From Lytechinus pictus (taxonomy: Eukaryota), in NCBI RefSeq assembly GCF_037042905.1, contig NC_087247.1, positions 6,634,001 to 6,698,000 of the forward strand: DNA of 64,000 nucleotides, written 5' to 3'. The notes under the pieces are model-generated. The model made no database searches. It saw nothing but the letters and a program-made list of their open reading frames with translations, and was not told the DNA's origin. Below are positions 24,173 through 38,340 of the stretch, one piece after another. Position 1 is the first letter of the stretch. Each line of letters starts with the position of its first letter. The position numbers and the translations under genes are program-made.

Positions 24173-27100
24173 ATGGCGTCTGCTGCCCAAGTCCAAGATC
24201 ATGAAGATTATGACAAATCACTGGTTGACGAGCTTAGAGATGTTGTTGTGAAATGTAGATGGCAATGTCTAGGACACAGACGGGAATTCCAGGGAAAGAG
24301 ATGTACCAGGTAACTCGAGATATTTGGGAAAATCTAGTCTGGTGCATGCGCATGCATTCAACGACAACGTCGATCAGCGGGATCTGGACCGCAGCCACCA
24401 CAGTCATCATAGATCGCATCCCACCGGCACCGGGCGCGCATTGCAGGTAGCCATCCCGTGCTCGTGAGCATGCACCAGCCATTGCCATTGGCATGGCATT
24501 AGCCGCTGCAGAAAATGCTGCTGCATGAATATGAAAGAGCGGCGGACAGTTATAAATTGACATTGTCAAGATTTCTGTCCATGGTCCATCGAATGAATTT
24601 TCTTTCAATTTTCAAGAAAATTTTCAGTTGGTATTTAATTATATTATAATTTATATTGTTCATGTTATGAGTAAGTCAGTGTGCGCATGTGTGTTTCGTG
24701 GTTATAAAAATTTTGATTTTGAGATGAACATATGGATATGGTTTTCTTGGAAAATGACCAGTCATTTTCAGATTGAGCAAAACAAAAGTGCCCATGTCTG
24801 AGCTGCGCACCCATTCACTTTACACACGATTCAGGGATCTGTTTTTACATTTTTAGTTTTCATTGTCTTAAAGGACAAGTCCACCCCAACAAAAAGTTGG
24901 TTTGAATAAAAAAAGAAAAATCCAACAATTAAGCATAACACTGAAAATTTCATCAAAATCAGATGAAAAATAAGAAAGTTATGACATTTTAAAGTTTTGC
25001 TTAATTTCACAAAACAGTTATATGCACATCCTGGCTGGTATGCAAATGAGGAGACTATGATGTCATCCACTTGCTATTTCTTTTGTATTTTATTATATGA
25101 AATATGAAATATTCTAATTTTCTCCTCATTGTCAAGTGATAGACAATTAATTCCTCCCTGAACATGTGGATTTAGCATAGTTTAATACTATATGGTTCAG
25201 TCAAGTTGGTCCTTATTGTCAAATATATGAAAAATGAAATATTGTATAATTCAAACAATAAAAAACAAAAGAAATAGTGAGTGATGGACATCATCGACTT
25301 AGTCACCTAGTTGTCCATATCACTGTTTTGTGAAAAATAAGCGAAACTTTAAAATTTCATAACTTTCTTATTTTTCATCCGATTTTGATGAAATTTTCAG
25401 CACTATGCTAGTTTAATTTTTCTCTATTCATTCCAGTCAGCATTTTTCTGGGGTGGACTTGACCTTTAAATAATGCTAAAGCTAGCCATGCCAATGGTGT
25501 GATAAAAGCTTTATTTTGTTTTGTTTCAATAAATCATTCCAATTTTTGGAAAATAGATCACATATAGAAAAAAGTCATTTTATCAATGACCATGGCAATT
25601 GACAATGACAATTATGGTTTATTATTGATATTTTATTTGCCTTGTATTTCAATCATTTGTATTGTATTTTATGCATTTTTGATTTATATTGAATCATATT
25701 TTCATTCCAATCTGGTAAATACGTACGCCTATTAATTATGTTGATTTATTTTAATAAAACATTTAAAAAGTTTAAAACAGTTATTATTTTTATGACATTT
25801 CAAACACAAGATGATGAAGTTATGAAGCAGACTTTCAATATGGAAAGAATTTCAATAAAACTAATCAATTTGTTGTTCTTTTATCATCTTCACTAGGATA
25901 TTCTCCAAAGATGGTGAAGATGTTGTTTTGGTGTATCTTCCTCCTGATCGATTCTATGCCATGGATGTTAGCTGTCCCCATGCAGGTATTAGAGTTATTA
26001 CATTTACTTGTTGTAGTAACCCCCTCTCCCCCCCCCCCCCTCAAAAAAAAATCTTAAAAAATTTAGCTCCCTGAAAGCTGTACCAAAGCTATACCAGTAT
26101 ACCAGTCCTGTCATGTTCCAATGTAGGTGAAAAGTTGCAAGATTTGAGTCATGTATATATATATATATATATATATATAAATCAAAGAGTTCTGCATCGG
26201 CATCATAATGTAGAAACATTATATGACCATGAAATGGGTGCAAGTAGAACATGTGTTGATCTATTAAACAGGAAGGTGCATAATGCTGATGATGAGGAGT
26301 GCACACTCTATGAAAGTAGCTGGATTCCCATGGAAGTGACATTCAAATTTCACATTTTTTACATTATTGATGATATTCTGCTTTGACCAAGTGCATTTAC
26401 ATCAAGGATGTTTCTGACTCTGTACTATTATAATCTCTTATTTATATTGGATGAATGACCTCTGAACCAATTTACATTATTACCCGAGCTATCAGAGGAA
26501 TTACAAGTCAACACAGTGCTGCTTTAATGTTTTTGCTACAAGACGATTATAAACACAGTGGAAAACTTAATATAAAAAGATATCTTGAATAAATGTATTC
26601 ACTGCTTTTATAACATATATTTTTCAACATTAAAAAAAGATTAAAAGCAGTAATTCAATTGTTCAACCTTATTTATAAATGTGATTAATGTTATTAACTG
26701 TAACTCTGCAATACTGAAAGGAAATCAAGGCTGTTTTCAAAATTCACTTCAGTCCTCTTCCATTAAAGGTATTTTAGAGCACTAAAATGAAGTTAATGGT
26801 TTGAATGGGAGAGATGCTATGACCAAGGAGATATGATATCCCCTTGCTATGACTGCATTCATTTATTATTAGGTGGAATCTATACAGATTTTTTTCTAGT
26901 TCAAAATTCTGTTGGGGGTAGATGGTAACAATGCTGCACTGCCCCTCCCCCATCCAATGATTGCCACCCCTGATGTTGAATAATGTAAATTTCATTTTGT
27001 ACCGTTCTATTTCATGGGTAAATTGATTTATTGATTTGATGCATGTTGTTTAATGTTTGCACAACTTATTCAATACCATGTAGGAGGACCACTCGATATG

Positions 27101-30100
27101 GGAGATATTGAAGAGATAGGAGGCCACACTTGCCTAGTTTGCCCTTGGCATGATTATGACTTCAGACTGGACAATGGTGAATCCACCTCTGGGCTTAAGG
27201 TGAATCCAGATAATTTATTCAATCTTGTTTATAAAAACAAACCGTACTAGGCTGGGGTATTTTTTAAGGGATCCCCCAGTCTAGTTCTGATTAAACTTGG
27301 CTGTGAGATTTGACAAACCTCATTTTAATTTGTACTTTCCATCCTGTATGAATGTAAAGTTAGCATGAGCTATTTGATGGATATCAGGGGAGTGTTTCAC
27401 GAATATGTGCAACATTGACAAATTTGCTCTGAGCCAATCAGTAGCAAGGATTTTGTTTCATGAATGCTTCCCTGGTGAATATTTCATATCAGATTGGACC
27501 TAAATGTATGACATTCAGTCAATTTTTAATCATCACTGACATGGTCATAAACCTACAGAAATCTCTAGAATTGGTGGTTTTTATTATTGATCATTTAAAA
27601 ACATTTATCTGGAAACTGATTGAAGGAGCAACCAATGAATTTTATAAAATATCAGGGTTTTTTTTGTTGTTGAAAAGTCAGTATATAATCATGTATTGTC
27701 AGTAAAGTCAACAATCTGATATTGTTCCCACTTGGTTTTGAGAGAGCTGAGTTATTTTGTAAGTGTTAATTGTTCTTTGTTCAATTTTTATTATAAAGTA
27801 ATGTGCCAAATTTTTCTCCACTTTATATTGATATGGTGGTAATCCTTACTTTCATTTCCTCTTTTTTAGCTTCTTTTTTTATTAATTTTGAATATATCAG
27901 AGTGAGACATAGAATATTTACTCATTACAGGTAAGATTTAGGTTATATTTATGATTTTTTGAAACAAAAAGTACATTAGAAACTGTTTTGAGGGCAGAAT
28001 GCTTGATATGAATTCTTGATTGTTATACCTGTTATTTTTCTGCATTCAACTCTTTGTAGTAACATTGCTACTCTTCAATTTCTTTTAGCAACCAGTACAT
28101 AGTGTGAAGGTAGTCGATGACCTTGTATACATCAATTGCAGAGCAGAACTGATCCCTTTGGATGAAAGTGATAGTTCTACGAAAGATTGTGAACAGCCAA
28201 CAAGCCAAGGTTCGAAAGACAAATAAGAATTTTTTTTTTAATGCCTTAAAAAGTTTTGTTTACGGGGGGGGGGGGGTTACTTTTTCAAAACATCGATCAA
28301 ATATTTCAACTTATATATGTAGTGGTTGGCGCCACAACAGAACCAAAAACACACTTTGGCAATTTCACAAATTAATCAATATCTGACCCCCAGTTTTCTC
28401 CATTCTTACATTTTATGATAGTATTTTTGTATTTGTCATTATACATGTAATCATTATATGTTAATTATTATTCATATCATTGTATGTAATTCAAATTCAT
28501 GAAATTAATTTGTATTATATTTTATGTTCTGTTGGAAATGAAATGAAATTCAAATTATATTAGTTATTTTATAAAAGTCATTTTATATATTAGTCATTTT
28601 AGTAGTCATATATAATAGTCTTTTTATATATTACTTATTATATTAGTCATTTTGTTTTTAATTATATTCGTCATACCGTATATTAAACATAATATTAGAA
28701 ATAATATTAATAATATAGACAATGTGTAATGATCATCATGATATTAGCTGTGCAGTGTCTGTGTGACTGCACCTCGCATTAGCAATAACCGTGATAAAAG
28801 TTGCAAACAAACTTCTGTCGATACACATTTCTGTCTTGCACCTAGAGCTTCTAGAATCTTCTTTGCTTGATTATTTTGTGGGTTTTGATCTGGCAGTTCA
28901 TATTTGATTCGTAACTTCATATTTAAGTATTAATGAAATTGATTAATCAGTTTAATTTCATTCATTACATTCTTCACTTGTAGAGTCTAGGGAAGCCAGC
29001 ATGGTCGAAGAGACAGAGTTTAATGGGGCTAGTCTGTGTGAGTTTGCTGTGAGAATCCTCAATGAACCTGATGCCAAACAAAAGGTGAGTATCATTGTCT
29101 CATGTCTTAATTTGTTCATGTTATTTCCAAAAAGCTTGCAGGCACATGCACAAAACTACGCACGATTGTCTTTTTCCAGGAGGGGATTGATCCAGCCTGG
29201 TTAATGAGACACAATACCATTTCACAGACAGTATTGTTGAAAAGTGGTTGGCAAATCCAGAGGATTGTGTCTATAAATGTAGCTTGATCTGACTCTGAGT
29301 TGAGCATTTGACGACACAAATAGCAATTGCCTTTCAGAGCCAATCAGATGTAAGAATTACAGTAGCATAGATTTATATTTTAAATCCACAATATGAATTT
29401 AACAATTGTGGATTTAAATTTTTAAGTCCACAATTCTAACCATATTTCCCACTTTCTTCATGCATGGAGACCTGTAGGTGTTATGCGTCTATTAAGAACG
29501 GTACTATTATTAGTTAGAGAAAATCACTGATATTATTTAATATTTTGCTCCTCAGAAGTACAAAAATACCCCTCCTGTAGATCCCCCTCCTCCCCCCCCC
29601 CACTTCTGGGGTTTGTATGACTAGTAGGAATGTTTTATTCATCATTTTAAATCAAACAAGGGGCAGGGGGCAACCGCCTCTTATGATTTTTTTTTAAAGT
29701 GAAGAAAGAAAAACTGAAAAAAGATGGAAAAGAGTAAAAAAGGAAACAAAGAGGAGTAATGGAAAGAGACGGTTTTGTCATGTATCGAAGCAATACTCCT
29801 ATTTTTTTTATTTAAAAAATAAATAGAAAGATAGACTGTCAATTGGAAGAAAATTAATTTCTACTTGTATTTAATTGTCAATTCTTTTGAATCAGGTTCA
29901 TCTTACAAGAGAGACGCATCAAAGATGGAAAGGAGGAGACATAGCAGAGGTCGGCTCCTGTAAACCACCTCCGATGCCGCTAAGGGATAAATCACTTAAC
30001 ATCCTTCAGCCAGGAAAAATCAAGAGAGGAAAAGGGGGCACTTTGGTAAGGACTAAACTCGTTGATCTTTGAAGACTTGCATGGTGGTACAGATGACATG

Positions 30101-33100
30101 GAAGGGGTTTACTGATCATCATGTGGTTAGTCAATAAAGGGACTGTTGGGTGTTGGAGAGATAGAGATGAAAATGAAAGTTGAGAAAGAACAAGAAGAGA
30201 TTGAGAAGTATCTATAAGGTGTAGTCCTTAAAAGGACTCAATTCAGATGAGATTGATGACTTGATTGAGATGAGAAGTACTGGTGGGGTTGATTGGAAAA
30301 AGAGCAGATGAAAAAGATGAGTTGTGAAGTTCTTGCATCAATGAAAAGTTGAGCGGCACCAAGTAGTTGAGCAGTAGAGAGTAGAAGTGATGAGGCGTCT
30401 TGACGTTCCGGGCAGCTTGACTGTCCATCATCCTTTTCAGGTCTAACCTCATGGTGAACTGTAAACCCCTTCCACGTTACTACAATGGTGTATTCATAGC
30501 CAATGGTGCCCTCTTGCAATGATTCCGTGTACACACTGCGCAATGCACCATGGGAGAAAGAGAGAAAATACAAAATTATCAGATGTGACAAGAATGGGGC
30601 ATTGCAAAACAAAATCAATTTTATGATTGCAAGTTCATTTGGGGGTCTCAAAATCAATCATTAGTCATTGCAATTAATTGCAAATGTACAGGTTTATACT
30701 GGTCTGTTTCTTACAATAGAAAGTATAAATTGATTTGTTGTAAATTACAAGTAATCTATCAATTGTAAATCTATAATTGATATATATTACAATTGATTGC
30801 AAAAAAGTCTCTTGCAACACCCCAGAACTAGGGCGTAAATACATGATGTCATACTATTCAAGTTCGGGGGGGGGGGTTGTATTGCTTGTTTCGCATCACT
30901 CTATTTGTTCAACCCAATATGATGAAATGTTAGACTTCTTTCATATTAAATCATAAAATTATTTGATGAATATAACTTGTATTATGATTTCCTACCTTCT
31001 CACTCTCTTTCAGGCAAGTAGGATAGCAGTCCTTCATTCGTTAGCTAACATTGAGCAGTGGGCTATAGATCTCTCTTGGGACATCATTGCTCGCTTCTCC
31101 GATGCAGAACTTGGCGATGGATCAAGGTTACCAAGGGAGTTTTTCACCGACTTTGCCAAAGTTGCTGATGATGAAGCTAAGGTACCAAGACAGACAACTT
31201 TGATGATGATATTTTTTTACTATCATGTGTAAATGTATTCATGGTGCATCTGAGAGTAGTGAATTTTATATTTTCAATCCTCACATTTCATCAAAGATAA
31301 AATGACGGACATTGCCGGAAAGCTGCAATGAAGGAGATGCATAGCGCCTTTAATTATAGCGCGATTCCTGCTGAGAAAATATACATTTCTATGAAGAAAA
31401 AACAAAAACTAATCATGGAGATACAAAATACTAATTTTCTCTTCCATAGGTTGGTTACTCTGCTAAAGACTGATTTGCGGGATCAAATTAGTTATAGTAA
31501 ACATGTGTTGTCATAGCAACTCATTTTCTGCAAGTCTTATAGATGATAAGTACCATGAGCATCACGTAACAGATTCAAGTGCTAAACATGTGGTTATGAT
31601 CATCATTTTTCAAAATGTTTTCCTTCTTTTTTTTTTACAAATACAGCACTTTACTCTCTTAGAAAGTCGACTTGAGAGCTTAGGAAGCAAATTTGGTGCA
31701 CTGCCGGTACATAATGGTAAGTACATTTCTTCAGTTACAGTTTTGTTTTATTAGTTTGTTCTTAGGGACTATTGCCTTTGCTAGAAAAGACATTGCAATG
31801 GTTACTGAAGTCAGTACCTCAGATAGCCCGACTCGCCTATGGGTGGTCTTAATTTCAGTATACAGGGGCTATTGGGATAGTCACATCCTTTGCCTGACAT
31901 GGCATTATCTTAGTTTAAGAGGATTGGCAAGGCACCTCAAGCAAAACTCTAGTGGGAATCCTGCACAGTGTCATTGTACCTCCGATCCTCCCATTTCATC
32001 AAGAATCTATGGAAAATGCTGGAATGATGTTGCTGTGGAAGATGCTGAGTCGAATTGATCTTGCTAAAAGTTGAGGGTCAGCAAGTGATCTGGTCAGCTG
32101 TTTGGATCATAAGGTCAATATTCCAAGGTCACAGGTCATTTTCAAATTCATTCTGTAGATTAGGAATAAAGGTTGAATTTTCATGAAACATTATGACAAG
32201 GTACAAAATTAAGGTAAGCCAGCAATCTTAATGAGTGTCGGGCTCATGAGGTCAAAGGTCACAGGACTTTTTCCGATTCACTCTGCAGGTTTATGGCAGT
32301 CTGCTGAGGAGACTAATGACAGTTTACTTGGGCGGCTAGCAGTTGTACATATGGTACATGAAGCCCGGTAAGTATATCCCTAAATTTCATGACATGAATA
32401 TTTTCCAAAAGGATAGGGAGAGTGAAAAGAGATTATATGGTTTATGTGACGAGTGCTGCTGTGTCATTGCTAAAATCATTTTTTGTCAAGCATTCTTGTG
32501 AAGTTTCCATTATTAGAGATTTATCTATACATAAGCACCCAAATTAAATGAAATCGAAATTTCGAAGTTCATATAAATGTAAAATGAAGGAAAATTATAT
32601 CAGTACAAACTTCCAAAACTATATTGATGCTGTATAAGTCTTTTTTGTATAAACCTAAAAAAATATTATCTTTAGTTTTTATGTCATATTAAGTCATATT
32701 ATACATGTATAGATAAAGTATTGTTGTATATTCAAGGTATTTACCTGTACATTTATTTGGTAAAATTTGTTATTGTCTACCGTTTCAATCTTTCTGTATA
32801 TATATATTCATTCATATTTGTTAACATTCATTATTGATTATTGTATGTTATTTCCATTCTCTTTATTGTTTATGATCTCTCATTTTGGAATGCCCTCCAG
32901 TGGTCTTGATGTCCATCCCAAAACCCAGGAGAGATTTAGACGGCAGTCTGACGCAGAGTCTGTTGAGATCTTGGATACAATCTATAACGATGAGATCACT
33001 CATGTGGCTGCTGGTCTGAAATGGTTTACATACGTATGCAGACATAGCGATCCTCCAGTTGACTGTATACCAAAGTTCCATGAACTGGTTCGGGCTCATT

Positions 33101-35017
33101 TCAGGTATGAATTACATATCGGGGGAATTCTGTAAAATGATCAACTTTTTTTTGTACATTCTGGCCCCCCCCCCCTATTTTTTCCATGGTCACTTCATAT
33201 TATGTACTGCTCAAGCCTTAATAATTTGAGAACAATATAACTTTTCGTATGAAAGAGAAGACATAGACAAATAATTTTGGGGGAATTCACACCAATAGGG
33301 GGTTGAACATACAAACTTTTATGAAATTGCCTCTTAAGGGCCCTATTGCATAAAACTTTTTCCATCGACACTTACACATTCACAGTTCTTCTTTTATGCA
33401 ACAGGCCCAAGATGTTCATGAATGTTATAGAGGCTTCTACTTTAGTCTAGTACACCAGTTTGATAGCTAATGATAGAGTTATTGTTAAAAATATCTATGT
33501 GTATATATATATATATATATAAAACGTATTTCACTAATCTACGTAAATATGTCCATAAAAAAGCATGCTGATTACGGGTAAACTTGCATAAGTTGACCTT
33601 CTCTAAGTCAAATATTCGCCCAAAGTCAAAGCATTGGTAGACAAGTTTATGCAAAGCAGGTGTTCTATGCCTTTTCTAAGTAGAATTTCTCTTAAGTCGA
33701 AAACATGTCTGTGGTCCCAAAAGATTTTACTAACCCCCCTTTCACACGGTAAAACAAAAATCGTAATTTGAATGATGATTCCAGTGAAAAATAAGGCTAA
33801 TGACGAATTTTTAGCACATGTGAAACCAAACTAGAATCACGAACGCTAGTCACAATCATGAATTTAAATTCTACTCCGAAGGTGAATTCCAGTTAAGTTT
33901 CACTCAGATTACAGTATGAATTTTCAGTGTGAAAGGTCCGATGATTCTAAAGACGAATTGCAATCGTCATTACAATAATGATTCAAGATTCACGTGTAAA
34001 AAGTCCCTCAGGCAAAGTGACTTATAGTATATTTCTTTTGTAAAACAGAGCTTTAAAGAAGCCAGTCTGGTTCAATGGGAAGTCATCTTTCATTAATCAA
34101 TGGGGTTGGTCATTACTTCATGCCTGTTCTTCTTGTAATGTTGTTCAGTTAGCTAAATGAAATAAACTTGTCTGCAGAGAAAGTAATGAATGTTGTAATA
34201 ATTCAGGGACCATGTTTCACAGAGAGTCAAGTCTGACTGATATGTACCGCGCACCTGATAATGCACAATACTATTTATTACTATGCAGTAGAGTGCTTGG
34301 AACAAGCATGATCTGACTTGCTATGATTGGTTATAAATTAAAACAAATAAAACCTCAAGTCTGATTATTTTAAGTCAGACTGAAAATCTTTGTGAAACAT
34401 CCCCTGTTTATGCCCTTCAGTTATTTTACAATCGGCAAATGAACTTTGTTCTTCATTCATCAGGGGTCATTTGAAGCCTCCGTTTAATGAAGAGGGCCGA
34501 GAAACTGCAGGAATGTCAAAAGAGGTAATACCTTTGTCCTTTGTATGGAAGCACAACTTCAATCATTTTGATATATTGCAAAATTATCTGCTACAAATAA
34601 AGCAGAAAGAAAAAAAAATCTATAATGAAGCACGAATAATGGTATGTATTTACATAGGAATGATACAATGGTTTATCTGTTGAACCTGAGGAAAATTAAT
34701 GAATATGGAATTTGATTTAAGAATTATTTGAATCTTATCACTGCTCTTGAAATTCTTATTTACATGCTTTTGACAATGATATTTATATAATATAAATTTC
34801 ATATATTTCTGTATTGGCAATGTTGTTTAGGTATTGATATACAATTAATATTGCTTTCACAAAACAGATTAGATGTTTTCTAGATGATTTTGTTCAACAG
34901 TCTTCAATAGAATACTTTTCTTTCTGCTTTCCAGAATACCCATCTCCTATTTTTCCAACCACTTAATCTTTATGATTTACTTTCTTTCAGTGGTACTTGC
35001 CGTTGGTGAAGACGTGA
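24173..35017 (+). CDS. Rieske [2Fe-2S] domain / DUF455-type ferritin-like di-iron domain fusion protein, 12 exons, ~440 aa
   Basis: Exons: 24173-24309, 25897-25985, 27084-27199, 28089-28209, 28984-29084, 29896-30045, 31014-31181, 31647-31716, 32289-32367, 32901-33104, 34464-34524, 34991-35017; 1323 nt, all GT-AG, phases consistent (alternative ATG 24167). Rieske CPHAGG...CPWH; di-iron ligands [33 protein letters not shown]; C-terminal LKPPFN..GR..AGM..EWY. Confidence 0.9.
24872..25465. mobile_element. TTAA-target MITE family A (complete)
   Basis: TTAA|AGGACAAGTCCACCCC ... GGGGTGGACTTGACCT|TTAA. Confidence 0.88.
30099..30474 (-). repeat. Old interspersed repeat bracketed by 14-bp inverted repeats
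   Basis: TGGAAGGGGTTTAC (30099) / GTAAACCCCTTCCA (30461); interior resembles 35150-35460 in opposite orientation. Confidence 0.4.
33338..33408. mobile_element. Minimal Harbinger-like MITE (termini resemble the 16122 element)
   Basis: GGGCCCTATTGCATAAAA ... TTTTATGCAACAGGCCC. Confidence 0.55.
34207..34405. mobile_element. Degenerate MITE family C
   Basis: TGTTTCACAGAGA ... ATCTTTGTGAAACATCCCC. Confidence 0.55.
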
Positions 35018-37094
35018 CCTATCTTCATATCATTCCAATGGACTACACCATATTTGGGACATTTTAGACATCTCACCTGAGCATTACGTAGAGGTTTCCA
35101 TCAGCCCTGGTAAGAGCTCTGCCAGTTGGGCTTTGGAAAGATGTAGCACTTCTTGTCTCAACCGCTTAATCCCTGATGATGGACACTCCAGCAACCCAGA
35201 ACATGAAGCATCACCATTTCATCTTCTCTTCAGCTGCTTCAAGCCGTTGCATCTAATCTGGTTTATGGTCCTTTTACAGACTTCTCCCGAACTTAGAGAT
35301 GAAAGAATATTCTCTTTTCTCTCATCTTCCACTTCCCTGCCTGTCAGTAATCACCTAAGCTCTTATATCATTCCTTGTCAATCTCTCATCATTACACTGT
35401 CATGTTCAGGAGAGTCCATATACAGATAACCTCTACCACCATGTAAACCTTCAAAGAACATCCACTTAAGAATTACTGTTTGTCATTGCAAAGCTAGTCT
35501 TGTGTATTGGTGATAGTTTGATGGTGATGACCCTTGCAATAACACTTTCAAATGAAGATGTTGCATAAGCCTTCCTGACATACATGAAGCCTCCTGTGGC
35601 ATTAAAATCCCAAGACAGAAAGACATGACCAGACATAGAAAAGTATGTCAGTGATCAGGTTTGGAAATTGTTGTATTGTCCACTTTTGGCACATTGACTG
35701 TTATTTGGGCTACTGTCAGATAGTGATTATGTGATGAAAAGAATACATTGAAAGGAATATATCAGTAATCATCAAATAACAAATGCCTATGTCAGTGAAT
35801 TTGAAAACCACCTCGTTAGTTTATCTCTAATGATTTTTACTGCTCATACACAGTTACAACTGGGCAATTCCATAAAATATGTACGTCCGACCCCCTATAT
35901 GTGGGGACTTCATGAAACTTTCTGTCTCTGATTTCTTGTTCGTTTGACAGTCAGTAATGTTCTCAAGGGTCCATGACTTGGTCAGTTAATAAAGTGAAGA
36001 CTTGAGAAAAATAGGAGTCGGACGTACAAAAAGGTTGAGTATTTTATGGAATTGCCCAACTGCGAAAAGGCTTATTGGGTCGATTGAGTCAGTTGCAGGG
36101 TAAAGATCTTACATCACCAACATCTTGGTAACATATTTCACACAATGGTGACAAGAAGTCTTGGATTTGTCCTAGATCTGTTATTTGTGTGTGTTTATTG
36201 TTTGGAAATTGGAAGAGTTAGAGTAATGACACCACCTGTGTGTCTATAAATGTGCATTCTTTTCTAAATCTCCTATTCTCCTAATCTGATCGCATCTACT
36301 AGGACCATGCACTTATAGAATATGGAATCGCTGAACCAATTGTGCAATAAGATGTATCCATCACTGGATCCTAACAACCTATTTAAATAGTAATTATTCA
36401 TGTGTAGTGACCAAAGAAGTCTCTCGGCATGAAATTCACCATGAATGTCTGTCAATATTCAGAAAATTTGTCATGATTTGTTGTAATTGTCAACAGACAA
36501 TTGCCCATTCATTATTTTTTTGATTGATATCGATATTTCAAAAAATATATGTTCATAATATTTTTTATACATAGAAAAGCCTTTGGTTCACCGTGAGATG
36601 ATTCCTAAAAAGGAATGTTGGGATAGTGAAATGAAGAGCAGTTTGATGACACATGAAAATGAAAGAAATTGAGTTGAGATCAATAGGCGAAAAAGATTGT
36701 GAGTCCATCTCTTTTTAGTTTCTCATCAAATTTTCTTCTTCCATTCCATACAGTCCCTTTCAAGACTAATCCAATAAAAAAAACATAGGAAGCCTTTTCT
36801 ACATTATCTGTATACCATCATGCAAATTTTTAAAGGTCATTAAATTTGTTATTATCCTAGTCGAATCTTAATTTGTTTATTCCTCCAGCACCTATCCAAA
36901 GTAACTTCAAATCAAGCTGTGTAGTTATAGTGACAGTGAACACTTCATTGTTCAGATTTCATTTTATTACATAAAAAATTATTCTTGTATTTTTCTGATT
37001 TTGTCTAGATAAAAATGACTGTGGCTTCTGGTATCATCATTGGTTTTAATATTTGTAATTGTGGTTTAGTAGTAGATTTGTAATTATTTCATCT

Positions 37095-37364
37095 GGGCCC
37101 TGTCTTACAAAGAATTCCAATTGATCCAATCAATCATAACTCTATGGAAATCCATCAGTGTCATAATTTTTCATACAGGAAATTTGTAAAATGTCCTTTG
37201 TATACAAAAGAGAAAACATCAAATTGTCAAGAAATAAATGAATTTATGGATATACATTCATATCTCAATTTTTTTTTACAAACATGCATTTTATATGTTG
37301 ACTTTGCTGGCTTTCCATAGTTGCGATTGATTGGATCAATTGCAACTCTTTGTAAGTTGGGCCC
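37095..37364. mobile_element. Harbinger-like MITE family B
   Basis: GGGCCCTGTCTTACAAAGA ... TCTTTGTAAGTTGGGCCC. Confidence 0.78.
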
Positions 37365-37466
37365 CTGGGCTCAGTTTCTGGAGTTTGTCACCATTAAAAA
37401 TTGAAGTGAAATCCTTACTTTGGCTGAGAAGAACCAGTCAATGATATTTACTTCTGTAATAGATCA

Positions 37467-38340
37467 GGGCCCCGTCTTACAAAGGGTTACGATTGATCCA
37501 ATCCCTCTCAACTGTATGGAAATCCATCCATACCATAATTTTTTCTACAGGAAATTTACACAATCTCCTTAGTAAACATAGAGAATCACACTGAATCTTC
37601 AAGAGAATGATGAATGTATGAATATACATCATATCTAGAAAATATTCAATGGCAGAAAAAAGCTGCTGAAAACTGCTTATCTAATAAAAGAGAGCCAATG
37701 GATTCATTAGAGAGTCAAAAGGGGCCTAAGCTTTCGATCCTAGCAGAATCTTTGTCGGAGGCAAAATGACAAACATATAAAGTGGAACAAACATAATATA
37801 GACCATAGACATGCAACAGCAACACTAGAAACAAGGAGACAAAAGGGGCATTAGTGAGTAGAGAAGACCAATCAGGTTAGTGAAGGGGATGAAAGAAAAG
37901 GAGTAGGCAGACACAAAGGGAAGTCAGTGTAAGTAAGGCCAGTAAAAGGGATTAAGACAATTGGGCAGGCAACATCAAACAGGATCTGGAACAAAACAGT
38001 GATAGGGGGTGTGAGGAAGAGATGAATAACAAGAGAATTAGTGAGAGGTGGGTCAAACAGGTTACAAAGAAAGGCATAATAAACTGGTGCATAAGAGTGG
38101 GGGAAAAAAGGGAAAGAAAGGGGAACAACTGATAATGTGCAAAAGACATATAAGTATAAATGAAAAAGCAAAAAAAAAATATATATATAAATATATAGTG
38201 TAACTAGTATTGTAAATCCGCTAGGGGTGAGGGGAAAAAACCATAATGCTATACAAATTCGAGTTTTAGAAGCTGACGTTGATGGCCAGCCATAGTTGTG
38301 ATTGATCGGATCAATCGCAACTCTTCGTAAGACAGGGCCC
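37467..38340. mobile_element. MITE family B copy interrupted by a ~600-bp insertion
   Basis: Left TIR at 37467, right TIR ends 38340; family sequence breaks at ~37648 and resumes at ~38245. Confidence 0.72.
37648..38245 (-). mobile_element. Penelope-like retroelement 3' fragment with degenerate minimal hammerhead
   Basis: Minus strand: LTPSG-like coding end, pyrimidine-rich UTR, then GCCT-CCGACAA-A-GATTCT-GCT-AGGATC-GAAA-GC-TT-AGGC (37724-37762). Confidence 0.5.

Noticed and set aside
24060-24608. ORFs 24060..24251, 24259..24450 and 24234..24608
   Set aside because: Alternative frames over exon 1 and GC-rich intron 1 of the Rieske gene; no recognisable motifs.
35170-35215. CTGATGA as a hammerhead core
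   Set aside because: No helix II or GAAA in the required position.
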